Source: Raillietiella orientalis (Eukaryota). Taken from it: DNA of 64,000 nucleotides. This document shows positions 50,801 through 63,100 of this stretch, piece by piece (within the stretch, counting starts at the first letter, position 1; the number at the start of each line of letters is the position of its first letter). Under the pieces are notes generated by a model that was given only the letters and a program-made list of their open reading frames with translations, did no database searches and had not been told where the DNA came from. The stretch covers positions 2,108,001 to 2,172,000 of the forward strand of contig JAYWIR010000004.1 of NCBI GenBank assembly GCA_036172245.1, written 5' to 3'. Made by a program: the position numbers and the translations under genes.

Positions 50801-53800
50801 AAGTTGCCGCACGTGATCGCGAGCCGGAAGCCTGGAAACTCCGACGTCTCGGAAATCGCCACCCAGTTCGTGGATTCGAAGGCGATAAGACCTCCTCCTG
50901 GCGATATCGCAGAGACTCGAAAGACTGCGCTGATGCATCCGCACACCAAGGGGCATGTCGAACAAGAGTTACGCGTGGGAAAGTCTCCCAAGTGCAAACT
51001 CTGGACGGGGCAGGACGTGTAGCTGAAGGTGGTCGGTACGGCCATCGCCTCTCCCATCTCCCAACAAGTCGATCTCCAACGAGGACCATCTTCTAGAAGA
51101 TCCGTACTTTCGAAGTGGTTCGACGGTACGACCCGGTCGTCGCATCTTTTGCTTCAACGGATTTTCGGTGGACGGACGGATGGTCTTCGAAAGGGACTTC
51201 GCAACGAACGCGCGGGACGCCGCCGACGCGTCAAGCGGAGGTCGCCGTAAGCGCTGCGGAATCTCCACGTCGACTTGCCCTCTCGAAGATGCCGCCTCTT
51301 TCGCTTGGACAGGTCACGTGCTGAAGCGGTGAACGTTTCCCGATGACCTAGCCCGTGCATTCGCTGTCGTTCGGGGTTGACCTAGGCGAACGGTGCTTCG
51401 TCGAACCGTGGCTTTGCGGGCATCTCCGCAACGACCTGACTGCCACCTTTCCTCGTCTCAGTTTCCTTTCTTTGCTGCTGACCACACCGAAGGTTGCTTG
51501 TCGGGAACGTGGGCTGGTGGCTGCGGCAAGGCAGCTCGATCAGTCGCTGCTATCGTTCGACTAGGCAGGGCAGACGCCTGCCGGAAAAGGGTCGGCTGCC
51601 GCTCGGCGGTTCCGCGATCGGCAAGTGCAGTGCATTCCATTCGTGCAGAAGTGCGGTTGCGTTTTCAAACACGGCCACGTGAGAACACTCCTGAAGCGTG
51701 GACGGATGAACGCGTCCACATCGCCGGAAGCGTTCGGCATTCGCGTCTCACGCGAGAACGGCAGCGCGACTCGCGCCGCAGGTTATCGCGAGTGCGTGCA
51801 TGGGCAAACCAGGAATCGAATCTCTGGAAACGCACCCAGCTCGAAGCGCCCAGGTCCACGTGTCGCCGAATTTCCGTGTTTCGGCTGCCAAGGAACAGGC
51901 AATGCGTAGCATGGCAGGGCTCGTTGGCGTCCGTGGCGTCAACCGTCGCTGTCCCCGTATTGCTGGCGAGCCGATTTCCCCTCGGAAGACGCGAGGCGTT
52001 TCAGTCGACAGCGCTCTTTCCGGAATCGAAGCGTTCGAACGAGGTCGCGCGATTTTGTCGCACCACAACGTGCAGCTGAAGCTGCTTCGGGTGCACATGG
52101 AATGCAATCAAGCAAATGCGCTCGCAGACAGAGTTGCATCCGATGTTTCGCCTTGTCGCGACTTACGCAAGATTCGGCGCAAACGAAGAAGCACATGTGA
52201 CAGACTGCAGAAAAAGAGAAGGGAGAAAGGCAGGGGCAGCACGTGACCGTTGATTGTCCGTGGAACTTTGCGATCGGAAAAGCTACACGGGGGGAGGGAG
52301 AAACGTCGAACAGCTCTCCTTGCCAATAGCACGATGAGGCATTCCATCGAGCCACCTCCACCACCCAACGTAACAACGTGGGACCATCGAGCCACCTTTC
52401 CGTGCAGCACCGATTTCGGACCCTTTGATGGGGCGCCTATCCGCGCGACTCTGGTTGCACGGGGAGAAAATCTTCAGGCGATGGCAGTCCATCCAATCTG
52501 TTTCTTCCCTCTTCCATAGCAGCCTTATTCTTGATGACTTTTCCGTTCTTCCCGCGTTCTGCGTGAGGGTACGTACGCGTTTTCCTCTTCTCCAAGAAGT
52601 TCCAACCCCCAAGTTGAAAGCGAAAGAAGCGCCTTTCGTCCCCACTGTCCGAAGTGATTTCCGGAGGCGGTTTCTTCTCCGTTTGCGCCTCGCTTTCCAG
52701 CCGGGTCAAGAAGCGCACGAACGTTTCGCGCCGAGAGGTCGAAAGCCCTTGGCCCGCATTCGGGGCTGCGCGAAGCCGCCTTCTCGGGAGTAGAAGGCCC
52801 CGCTGCGCTCACGTCCTCATCTCGTCGATGAATCAGGTTTTGTTTGGATCTTGGGGACAGCGACGTGGCGTTCCCTTCGACACATCGTCCTGGGGAATGG
52901 AAGCGCACCAAGCGAGTTGAATTTCCTTTTCTGCGTTCGAAGAGAAAGCACGAAAGGTTATCCGGAAACTGCGGCTGGAGAACCTGAGCAGCTTTTGTTT
53001 GGAGCATACCCGAGTGCTCCTCGGCGGTTCGATAAGATTCGCTCCCCGGATGTTCGATCTCGGAATGCTCTTTTCCGCCTTTCCACGCGTGGGTGTACGC
53101 GGGATGAACCCTGCAAGACTGCAGCGTCCCTCGAGAACGTTGGATGGGCTGCCGTTTCGTCTTGCTGGACCGCGGATTGCGAATTGGAACCGCACAGAAT
53201 GCATGGGCGGCACTGCAAGCCGTTGCTCGACGCCCGAAGACCGATGGGGCGTGGATGAGAAAATGCGCTGCCGTCCCGGACGGGAAGCGGGCGCGCGAGC
53301 TGTGAGGAACGAGAGCAGGATGGAAAGGATGCAGCGCTTGCAATTGCAGTCTTCGACCCAGCATTCCCAAGCGCGGTCGCCCGTCTGTCGCCTGCGTCTT
53401 CTCGCGTTGTTCTCAGCAGCCATTTTGCAGCCATTTTGGACCCCGGAACCCAAACCCCGAAAGATCAAGCGAGGCAACGAGAGAAACCAGCGCTCCCCAT
53501 TCGGCATCGGCACGGCGGCGACGCGTCGCGTCCAGGAGAAAGGTAGTGGACGAAAGGATTTGTGCATTTGCGCGTCGTCACTCTGTGGGGACGCTGAGCA
53601 GCGTTTGCGAAGCAGCTCACGATCAGGGCCCGCTGTCGACTGCCGCCGGAACATTTGCTGCTTGTCGTCTGCCGCGCGACGCAATGGCGCATTGCAGATG
53701 GCAAGCACAAAGGGCATCTCTTGGTTACGTGGAAGGGAAGGTGTGTTGTTGCTCTCGATCTTTGTGTTGGGGGTTGCCGTGAAGAGCGATGGAAGAAGCG

Positions 53801-56800
53801 AGGGAGACGACGACGGACGATTGGCTGTTCACGTTGCTCACGACGGACGACACGGTGGCCGGCAATCGTGTCTGCTGCGCGATTTCCCAGCGGGAACGAT
53901 TCGCGTTGGCTACGCCAGCCCGTCGTGTTTCCGCCACGTTCACTCGATGCGGATGCCATGGAGCCGATCGACTGTTGCTGCTGAAGCAGCCAGCGATCTC
54001 CATCAGCGACTGCGCCCAACCCTCCTGAAAGCCGTCGGCGGGCCGACGATGCCGTGAGGTGTCTGGTAGGAGCCGCGGATGGCGTCCTCGAACAAAAGGA
54101 CGCGCCATGTTTATTGTCGTCATTCGTCCGTGGAATGCGTGAGCGAGCAGTTGGTGTCGGCCATGCTTCCAGCAGTCACGGCTGTCGTCTCGGTGCGTGG
54201 CGCTGGCATGACGAGAGGACTCGGAAGGGTGAAGAGCGAACGGTGCCAGTCGAGCGCCAGATGAGACGGAGCACGGGAAGGGGGGTGTTTTCGGAAGCTT
54301 CGTCGAAGAGAGGAAGAAGCAGCTTGTTCGCGCCTCCTGTTGGCGGGCGCCGACGTACGCGTGCCCAAAGCAGCGGCTGGTGGAAGGCACCTTCCGCTTT
54401 TTCGTGCTGGAGCGAAGGGCGCCTGCCGTGCTGGCGGCCGACCCGCAGTGGCGTCGCCCGTTCACCGAGGCGGAAACGAGCGCGCTGGCGAGAGGTGTGC
54501 CTGCGTCGGTCTCACAGCAGGACGGAGGGACTGCTGCGAAGGGACTTGAACTTGTTCACGAGATTCCTGGGGCACGTGACGTAGATGTAGTCGTTGGCGT
54601 TCGGGGACAGGTGTTCGAGGAAATCGGAAGAGGCGTCGAAGTATTCTTCGACGTCCTCTAGGTTGGACCTAGGAAGGAGGGTGAGTCGATCTGTGAAGTC
54701 GACGCTCGGCGCTCATCGACTCACCTTGGGAGGTGCCGTGGCGCGGCAGGGACGCATGAACGGTGATCGTCGCCGTCAGGGCGCGGGGCGCCCGCTGAGT
54801 CGATCCGGTGCCTCCGGTACGCGAGCGCCAGCTTCACGAGTCTGCAAAGCACGGGCTGTCAGCCGGAGCGGCTCGCGTCTGCCGGAGGCTGCTTCGGGAG
54901 GAAGGAGAAGGACGGCATCCTTCACTTCCAAAGACCCTTCCGAAGAGAGCCCGGGCAAGGCCATGCGTCGCAGCGTCTCCCACTCCAGCTCTGGTTGCCG
55001 TGGCCCGGGCGGAGGCGGACTTGGCACGGGCAGGTCGGTGTCGAGGTGGACGGGCGGCAACCCATCCTTTCGAACCCCACGACACGTTCCGTCCACTCGA
55101 CCTTTCCGCCACGCTCCTGCGAGCTGCGCCATCGCGCGTCCGCTCGCGACTGCTTGCCTCCAGCGGCGTGTCGCCCGCGCGCGTGCACCTTGCTGCTAGG
55201 GGCGCGCGTCACCTACTCGGAGACCACCCACGAAATGTAGAAGCCGACCGCGAAGGTCACCGTCAAGATGAGCACCAGTTGCCAGATCGCTTTCCACACC
55301 TCGGTCAGCTTGTCGTCCGTGAGGTCGCCGCAGGTCAGGGACCAGCACGTCAGTCGGTAGAAGTCCTCTGGAAAGGGGAGCACGGGCTGGAGGAGTTGGA
55401 AGGGGCGGAGCGTTGTGGGCGTGCCGCTGGCGCAGTTCGGGAGCGTGCCGCGCACCTTCACCCCCGCCTCTCTCTTCCCTTCCTGTCTTTTCGCGCTTGT
55501 CCGCCTGCCTTTCGCTCACCCTCGCTCTTCTGCCGCTTGCGCTCACCACCTGCAGGTCGTGCGCGCGCCTAGGAAAATGCCGTTTCTCCGACGCACTGTG
55601 CAACGTTTTTCAAGGCGGTTCCTTGTCCCGTGTCCATGCGCGCGCGCTTCCCGGACACGCACTGGGCCAGCAGAAGCAGCCGTCGTCCCCGAAAGGGAAG
55701 GTAACGCAGAAGATCGGGGGCGCTCCATCGCTGCCAGTGCCCTCCGTTTCCCTGCCGACGTACAGTACTTGGAGCGCGGACCTCGGCCAACGCTGGACGG
55801 ACAGAGAGTGAGAGGAATTGGAGGAACGCTCGTCCCGTCGGGATCGCAGCCGGTCGCTCCGTTCGTCGGACCCGCGTTTGTAGCCGTTGGGCTGCGGTCG
55901 CGGCGCGTGGCGTTGCGGGTTCGAATTCCCCCGCACGTGCAGGATGCACGCCGGAGGAACGCGTGCATCGTGGGTTCCGTGTAGATGAGACTCTGGTCGG
56001 CCCATGGGTTTCATGTGCGTCTCTGACGGGGGAAGCGGGATGCCGGGTGCCCCCTTGGAGCGCTCGGGGTCGGAAGTGGACCGTCCGGGGTCCTTCCGGT
56101 AATGGACTAGGGGCCGGTTCCCTTCGGAGTCCCTCTTCCTCCGATTGTGAAGATGGAGCCGTGTCGAGCACCAGGGATGTGGTTGCTGTCACTCCAGAGA
56201 GGTGCTTCCTTCGGGGAGCGACCCTTCGGGTTTCTCTCCAGAGGGGTAACAGGAAAGCGGCATCCTTTCCGAAAGACGAGGACTGGAGCCTTCCTGGGGA
56301 TCCCTTCGGAGGGAATAAGGAAGCTGTTCCCACGCGTGAGAGGAACGGACTCCTTCGTCCACACACCCTTCCTGGCATCGTAGGGTGCCCTCTTTCCTGG
56401 AGAACGAGCACGCAGAGGTAGCGTCGGTACCCACGACACGCACCGATGTCGCCCCCGACAGGTGTTCCGTTGTCTGCGGACGTCCTTGAAGCGTCAGCAG
56501 GCAGCAGCCGAGCGGTAGAAATCGAGGCGCGAACGGGAAGCGCCGCCGCTCGCTCGTTCTCGTGGAACGTTCGCCGTGCACGTCGTTTGCAGGCACGGGA
56601 TCGCACGCGCGAAGGTGGGCGGGTGAAGTCACGTGGGTATCGTTCCAACGTGCGTCTGCGGGCCGCAGGCAGCCGCCACGGGAACGCGCAGCGGGAGAGC
56701 CGCGCAACAGAAGCAGGGTGCGGGTGAGTATCGCCCGGGAAGCAGGGGGCCGCCTCGCACGCGCACCGCACGAGTCTTCTATCGCTCCCACTTCCCAGGG

Positions 56801-58870
56801 AACGTCGCTCCCGTGACCAACTGCACGTTGCCGGGCGGGCTTCTCGACGTCAGCCGGAGGCCGGGCGGGACCACGCGGTTGTCATAATTACGCCTCACAG
56901 CCTCGTGCGCGGGGACTGCTCTGGTGTGCATGGATACGGGCAGCGGTGACGCGGCGATCGGCGCCGGGAAGAGGCCGGGAGGCTGCCGCGAAGCGGATGG
57001 CTTGGCCAGCGCGGGAGGAAGTCACGAGCCTTCCTTGAAGGAACGTTTTGTCCTGCTACGCTGTCCCGGATCGGCCGACCCCTCCGGAGCTCCGCCGCGG
57101 ACTCGTGCGCGTCCGCGTCGCTCGCAGTCGGAGGCCGGCGGTAGTCCGCTCTTGCGTGCGCCGCCGCGACCTGCCAAGGGAAGCGCGGGGCAAGGTGGAA
57201 TTTTCGCTAGGCGGTTCGTCGTGGAGCGCCGCGCCTTCAGGCGGCGCGGGGCAGGGTAGTGCCCGGCTTGCCCTGCTTCCTACCGCTCGTTTCCGCCTTA
57301 TGTATTCGCTGGGAACGGAACGGACGGGTCTGGGGTGCTCGGCGTATAGGGAAGCGTAGCTCGTTGGCTGCACTGAGAGGAGGGGAGTAGGGAGGGGAGG
57401 CGATCTCGGGCGTAGGGTCGGACGCGTTGCTTACCCCGGGTTTTGCAACTGGCTCGGTGGACTCCAATCGTGGGATCGCGCACCGCCGGAGTACGCGTCC
57501 TGCGAGCACGCATTGCCTTCCCGCAGCGGGCGGTCGACCAGCCAACCAACCGGGACTAAAGGGCTCGTCTGAGTCGGGAGACGAGGGATGCAGGAAAGAG
57601 GGCTGTCCGTGCTCCCCATTCTCACATTTCCAGAGTGTGTTGGGGGGTGGGTGGGCGGGCGATCCACCTCGGAGCCTCGAATGGGCTCGCTGTTCCAGAA
57701 GGGGTGCTCGAACCGCTCCTCTTAGAGCGGGCGTCCTTGCCCCTCAGCCCTGCTGCAGGAACTGGAGAGGGAGTTGCCGAGCAGCGGCGGCTGCCTCACT
57801 TTGGGCCCGACCACCGGGCACGCGCCACTGGGAGCGGAGTGAAGAGGATAGGGGAATCGAACCGAGTTAGTGGAAAGCCAAGAGGGAGTAAGGAGTGACT
57901 AACCCTCGTAATAAGGAGGGGAAGTCTCCGCCAAGACTTGTGCGGAGGTCTGCTGTCAGGAGCAGCCTCCAGCGCGGAGAAGAGGGAGTTCCGCGTTGCG
58001 CTGGCGGCTGCTTCGAGCCGTGCAGAGTGGCCCGCGGCTATAAGACTCACGGAAAATGAGCAAGGAACAGACGGGATGCACAGAAGGTCCCCTTCCTTTT
58101 CGCGGCGACGGCATTTCTTCTCCGCCCTTCCCCCACGTGCCGTTCTGTAGGTGGCACCTTCCAGCTGGACGCGCGAGGTCGCTTCCCCATCAACCGCAGA
58201 TTTCTTCCAAGAGGGTCGGGAAGAGGGCCTCGAAGGGCCAACGAGCGGCGTGGCGCATCGCATCTCCGTCGGGCTGCCCCGAACGGCAGCGGCAGCAGCC
58301 GTCGCTCCTCGGTGGCGTCTTCTGCTGCTGCTCGACGTTCCTTCCTTCCCCCTTTCTCGTTTCCCCACCTCAAGTAGTCCCGTTTGCCTAGTGCCCCCCA
58401 CTCGGGGTCGACGCCAATCTGCGACCTGCGGGAGGCTGTTAGCATCGGGTTATCCCTTCCTGCACATCCTGGATCCCCTGCGCCGGCAAGCTGATTCTCT
58501 CGGCCACGCCTCCTTCGCCGTCTGAGAAGGGCTGGACCGATCCACCAGTTGTCGGGATGAGCCCGTCCGGGAGCCGCCGCCCGTTGGATGCGAGAGCCCG
58601 TCGGACGGAATGGGAGGGACGGGCACTTCTGGGAGCGCGTACCCTCCTCCTCCCCTTCCATACCTTCCCTTCCTCGGACGCCGAAGCTTCATCCTTGCTT
58701 CCCACCCCGCTCTCCTCGCACTCACCTTCCAGCTCGAGGAGCTCCCGCGCTCCCGGGTCCAGCAGCAGGAACGACACGCATGCATCCAGGATGGTTTGCA
58801 AAGCAACACATCAGCAACCCTTCGGGGAAGGCTCTCCGGAAAAGCAGCCCCTTCCGTGACCCCTCCGCCG
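44841..58870 (-). repeat. Arm B of the ~14 kb inverted segmental duplication
   Basis: Mirror of 8365-22862. It lacks the 1451-bp LINE segment and one 48-bp tandem unit. It has extra 40-bp (~52345-52384) and 30-bp (~56840-56869) segments and about 1 kb of unmatched sequence at ~57600-58690. Confidence 0.97.
54512..58795 (-). pseudogene. 5'-truncated duplicate (exons 4-7) of the C2H2 membrane-protein gene
   Basis: Exons 5-7 (55367-55217, 54841-54725, 54668-54512) are nearly identical to arm A, with one Q>P change seen in exon 6. The exon 4 copy (58795-58726) is diverged (TILDACVSFLLLDPGARELLELE vs AMLDTCVSPLLLNLGAREFLELE) and its acceptor reads tttgcAA instead of tttgcAG. I found no exon 1-3 homologs beyond it. 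Confidence 0.85.
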
Positions 58871-58959
58871 TCCCACCAGCCGGTAGAAGCGCTTTCGCTG
58901 CTCGTCCGCGCACGCGACGTGTTCCGCGACGGCATGTGTGGCGGTGTCGGGGATCGCGC

Positions 58960-59200
58960 CTGGCTCGCCTGGGTGCCAGCTCCGAGGTCGCGGCCTGACA
59001 ACGCAGGGGACCGGCAGCATGGTCGGCTGCCTTCGGGCTCCTGGGTGCAGAGGAGGACGCCCTGCAACCGTCTGATCGCTTCCCCACCACTCCTCACTGT
59101 TTTTTTTCCCTTAAAGTTTGTTTATTTTGTTTTGTTTGCCTCCCCTCTGTTGCCGAAGCGGACCTTGCCGAGTTTTGTTTTCCTCAGTCCGACGCGCCGT
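58960..59200 (+). mobile_element. Possible 3'-end remnant of a related LINE
   Basis: A T-rich tract is followed by cccctctgttgccgaagcggaccttgccg, resembling the 3' UTR motif of the three Tx1-like copies. There is no convincing protein match. Confidence 0.4.
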
Positions 59201-59406
59201 GGGGTGAATTCGTTGCAACAAATCCGAATCCCAGCGCTACAAGAAAAACGACAAACAGTGCAGCATTTTCGCGCGACCACAAATTTGCGTCACTGTTGTC
59301 ACTCCACAGTATTCTGTTCGGGAGTCACTTTGCACGGTTGTTTTGCACCAGGGTTCACACGCATCTGCACATTTTCCGCTATTTTTCTTCTCCAGACTGT
59401 ATCGAT

Positions 59407-60145
59407 ATGTCCAAGTGGCCCCTGCTACTATTTCTTTTTTTTCATTAGTTTCTTCACAGCGTCCGCTGCTGAAACCACTCCTTTTCTTCTTCGTCAGTTT
59501 TGCTCTTCTTATTGCAATGTTCGTGATGAAGAGAACGGTGGGAATGTACCGGGGAACGTTGCCACCCCCTTCAAAGAATCTCTTCAGGATTTCCAGTATG
59601 ACCATTGTACTCAGAGCTGTCACTTCCTTGAGCGCTTTGCAATCTGGACTCAGCGTCGGGCAGATGAGAACGTGGAGCTAAGTTTCCTTGTCTCCTCTCG
59701 CCATGCAGATATCGTCCCTTGGATTCCCCGTCCGATGTTTCGTTCTGAACCACTCAGGATGCCTGCCTTGGTAAAACATGAGGTCATCCTTGGTGTCCGG
59801 TGGTACGTCGCTCCTTCACATTGTTGCTCCGACTGCTCGCTGGTTGGCGTGATGCGCCCCGAAGTGTCCGGCAGCCTTAACAAGGGTGCTGTCGTCCTTG
59901 TGCATATCTGGGATTCAGCTGAGGATGTCAGCTTTGGTCATCAGCATCCACGCATGCGTGATTTTTCCAAAGCTCACAGGCCCTATGAATCTTCCTTTCA
60001 CCGTTTCCGTGTTGCGGAACAGTCGCATTGGATGGCAGTTGCCACTAGCAGCGAACTGTTCGCAGTCACGGATGCTCTATCTGTAACATCCATTGCCACG
60101 TCTCCAGTGGAACAAGAGGGAAGCAAGGAATCATCAAAGTTTTGA
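59407..60145 (+). CDS. Putative single-coding-exon secreted Cys-containing protein (~245 aa), interrupted by a 1-nt frameshift in a T8 run
   Basis: Removing one T from 59435-59442 gives MSKWPLLLFLFFISFFTASA-AETTPFLLRQFCSSYCNV...HCTQSCHFL..., open to TGA at 60145. A strong acceptor (tttttcttctccag, ending 59395) lies just upstream of the ATG. No family recognised. Confidence 0.5.
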
Positions 60146-63100
60146 GTTTGGAGTGTCCGATGGAATTGAGATGGAACTTCCGTTAGTTTCTACCTTACTT
60201 TCAGTGTAACCAGAAACGGTTCCTTCAAACTTTCAGCTTGAGTGAATCGACTCGCCAGCTGAAGGTTCACTCAGCAATAAATTCAGTTCCCTTCTAGTAA
60301 CAGAGTTTTACAAGACCAGTGTTTCTGAGGAAAAAAACCTTCTTAGACAGCGACATGTCCTAAAAATGTGTACTCTGTTTGAATTGCATATTGGTTGCGA
60401 ACATCTTCTCTGACCATTTTGAAATATAAAAACAGAAATAGGCTTACAGATGAAAGTCTTCATAGCCGACTCTTTTTGCTGAAATGAGCAAGCTTGCACA
60501 AAGAACAAGTACAGAAATGTTATTAAGAAACATTTCTATTCCGCTACAATCGTGAAGGGTCAGTTAAGAAAAATTAATACTTTGTATCATGTTTGACATT
60601 GATTTTTTTTCTTTTTTTCCTGGCATGTGCATTACAGGCAAGGATGATTAAAGCCATGAACATATATGGTATGTTCATATCCATTTTTTATTGTTTTATT
60701 AAACATCCTCACAGCTCTAAAAAGGTGAAATGTTTATGCTCAGATAGAGGTGATGTATTTAATCTACTTGAGGAAAATAAATTGTGAATAACAAAACGGA
60801 ATCTGAATATCTGGTGCAACTGAGAAAAAAGCAGTTGCCAAGGTTTTATTTAGAGTTCCAATCCTTTCGTTTCCTCCCAGTAATCGTCCTGTTTCATGTT
60901 TAATGAACATAAGTGTTTGAAAAAAAGCAGTTTCTTCTCCTCCCTCTTTCATTCGTTTGCCTTCGAGCCCATCCTTAGCAATGGCAATTCGAGAAAGACA
61001 GCCAACCTAATCACCAGAAACAGCCGAATTATAGGCGTTCTAATAAAGTAAGACAAAAATCATATAGAAGAATTGTCTGTTATAAATCCTGAATTTAAGA
61101 AGAATTGGCGTTCCCACTCGTGTCCAAAATCGCGACAAGCAGCACATTTTCTGGAACGAACAAGCTAGCTGCTGGGACAAAAAGGCTGGAGACCGCCGAT
61201 CTACAGGAAGTAGATGTGTTGGAATGGAGTGATGCAAAACATCGCATATCGCCTGAGGTTGAAACTGGGACTTAGCAGAACTCCTTTGCAACATCGTTCA
61301 GTTTGATTTATTCACACAAAGCCACACAAATTTTCAAATGAATTAAACCGCAAATGGATATCAGATATCGATTACATGAGTATATTGGATTACTTTATTA
61401 ATGGTAATCAGATATTTAGGACTCCTGGCATCTAACACAACAGGGGGAATTCAAATGTTTTGGTTTATTGACACCATAAACGTAGGGAACAGTGAAGAGT
61501 ATATAATATTCTATAATTCAGCAAGGCTTACTAGAATTGGTAAATATATATTTTGAAAAAAATTATTGGAAATTTAGTGGGAACAGCAATCTTGATTTAC
61601 AGTTTTTGATTGGTATACCCACCATTTATTACAGGAACAGAAGAGTCTCCCGTATCAACCTGATGTTGCATTCATCGGAAGCCGTGTTTCTTAACCAGAA
61701 GTGCCGGTGGCAACAGGGAATCTTGGAAAAATGATGAAAATCGATAGGCCAGCATGCCTGTAAAGGGGGTTGCGTGAAACAGCTTAAGAGTGTCTGTCGG
61801 CCTGGGAGAATGTGGGGAGAATTTCTACGCTAAAGAAGTCGATGGTTCTCAGTGGGGTTCTTAGTGACATTGCGACGATGATGTATCATAAGGGCAAGGT
61901 TTGCAAGGATCCCTGCTTCCTTTCAGATCGATCGTATGATAATTTATTTCAGATTTGGAGTTCATCCTTCAAAGTACTGATAGCAGGACAACCACTGTAT
62001 GCTATCTTTGCTTTGTAGCCTGCCTAGATAAATTCGCTGCGCCTGACGTCTGGGATTCCAACTCGAAGAAAATCAACTCCTACAGTATCTACCATAATCT
62101 CGATAAACACTGGCATTCCTTCCGTTTTCTGAGTCCTGCAGTTTTGATGCTCTAAAGCACTCGAGAGAACTGTTGAAAGCAATGAGGACTGAGGGACTGT
62201 CCTCTAGTTGTCGATTCGCGAATCAGTTAAACCCTCTTTTTTTTAAAAAAAAATCCTTGAATTTCTCTTTTCGTTCGTTACATTTCAGTCCAAACCAACT
62301 TGTTAATTTGGATTTCCATTACAAATCATTGATTAATTTGGAATATTCCATATCGCCGTTGGACCAGAATAAGAGTAATGCAAGTTCATTCTAAGAGAAT
62401 TATACAAAGTTGAATGTAGCAGATTGTGATTGGCAGATTGCAACTGCTAGAAATAATATTAACATCTAAACAGATATTCTGGAAAGAATCTTGTTTACCA
62501 CAGATTTCCACCTCAGTTTGCAAATATGTGAAATGACTTCAGCAGATGTGCTTTCCTGGGAAATATTTCATTTTCCGTGGTGCAGATGAGTTTGTATGAC
62601 AGGCTTGGAAAGGGAATAAACGTCCCCTGGTGTGCAATCATCATTGATCAAGAAAGAAGTAGAGAACCAGAATACATTGATTCGGATGTCCGCATATGGT
62701 TTACAGATTGTGCTCTCATTGTCTCCATTACTTGAGAAAGTCAAAGTCAGTTTCTTCAGTATGGATATTGAAATGACAGATGAGACAATTGTGGTCTCTA
62801 GAATGAGGTTACTGCCATAATCAACAGATATGCACGCCAAAGATGCTCAGAATTTCATGGAGTTTTATGCCTTTTTTCAAGATTACTCTTTCAGAACATT
62901 AACTCAACTCATCAAAAATGAAAGTCTCATGGAAAAAATTACATTTGAGTGACCTTTGAAATGGCCATTGAGTATGGCGCAGCCACTTGTGATTCGTTGG
63001 GGAAAGGATAAGCTGTAAAAACCTCCAATGTTTTGAGAAATAGAAATGAGAACTCTTGAAACTTTTGACCTCCAAACAAAGATTTAATTACTACCACAAA

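Noticed and set aside
8365..58870. Arms as terminal inverted repeats of one giant transposon (Polinton, foldback or similar)
   Set aside because: The outer ends are the most diverged rather than the best conserved, and I found no TSD. The arms contain host exons, and the spacer holds ordinary host genes with no transposase, integrase or polymerase that I could recognise.
44841..58870. Arm B as a pure assembly artefact
   Set aside because: The divergence gradient, the arm-specific LINE, the microhomology-bounded indels and the mutated exon 4 point to two real copies. This cannot be fully excluded without reads, especially for the near-identical core.
58610..60145. 511-aa ORF as a single protein
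   Set aside because: The first half is antisense to the exon 4 copy and runs through a LINE-like T tract. Only the part from ~59440 looks coding.
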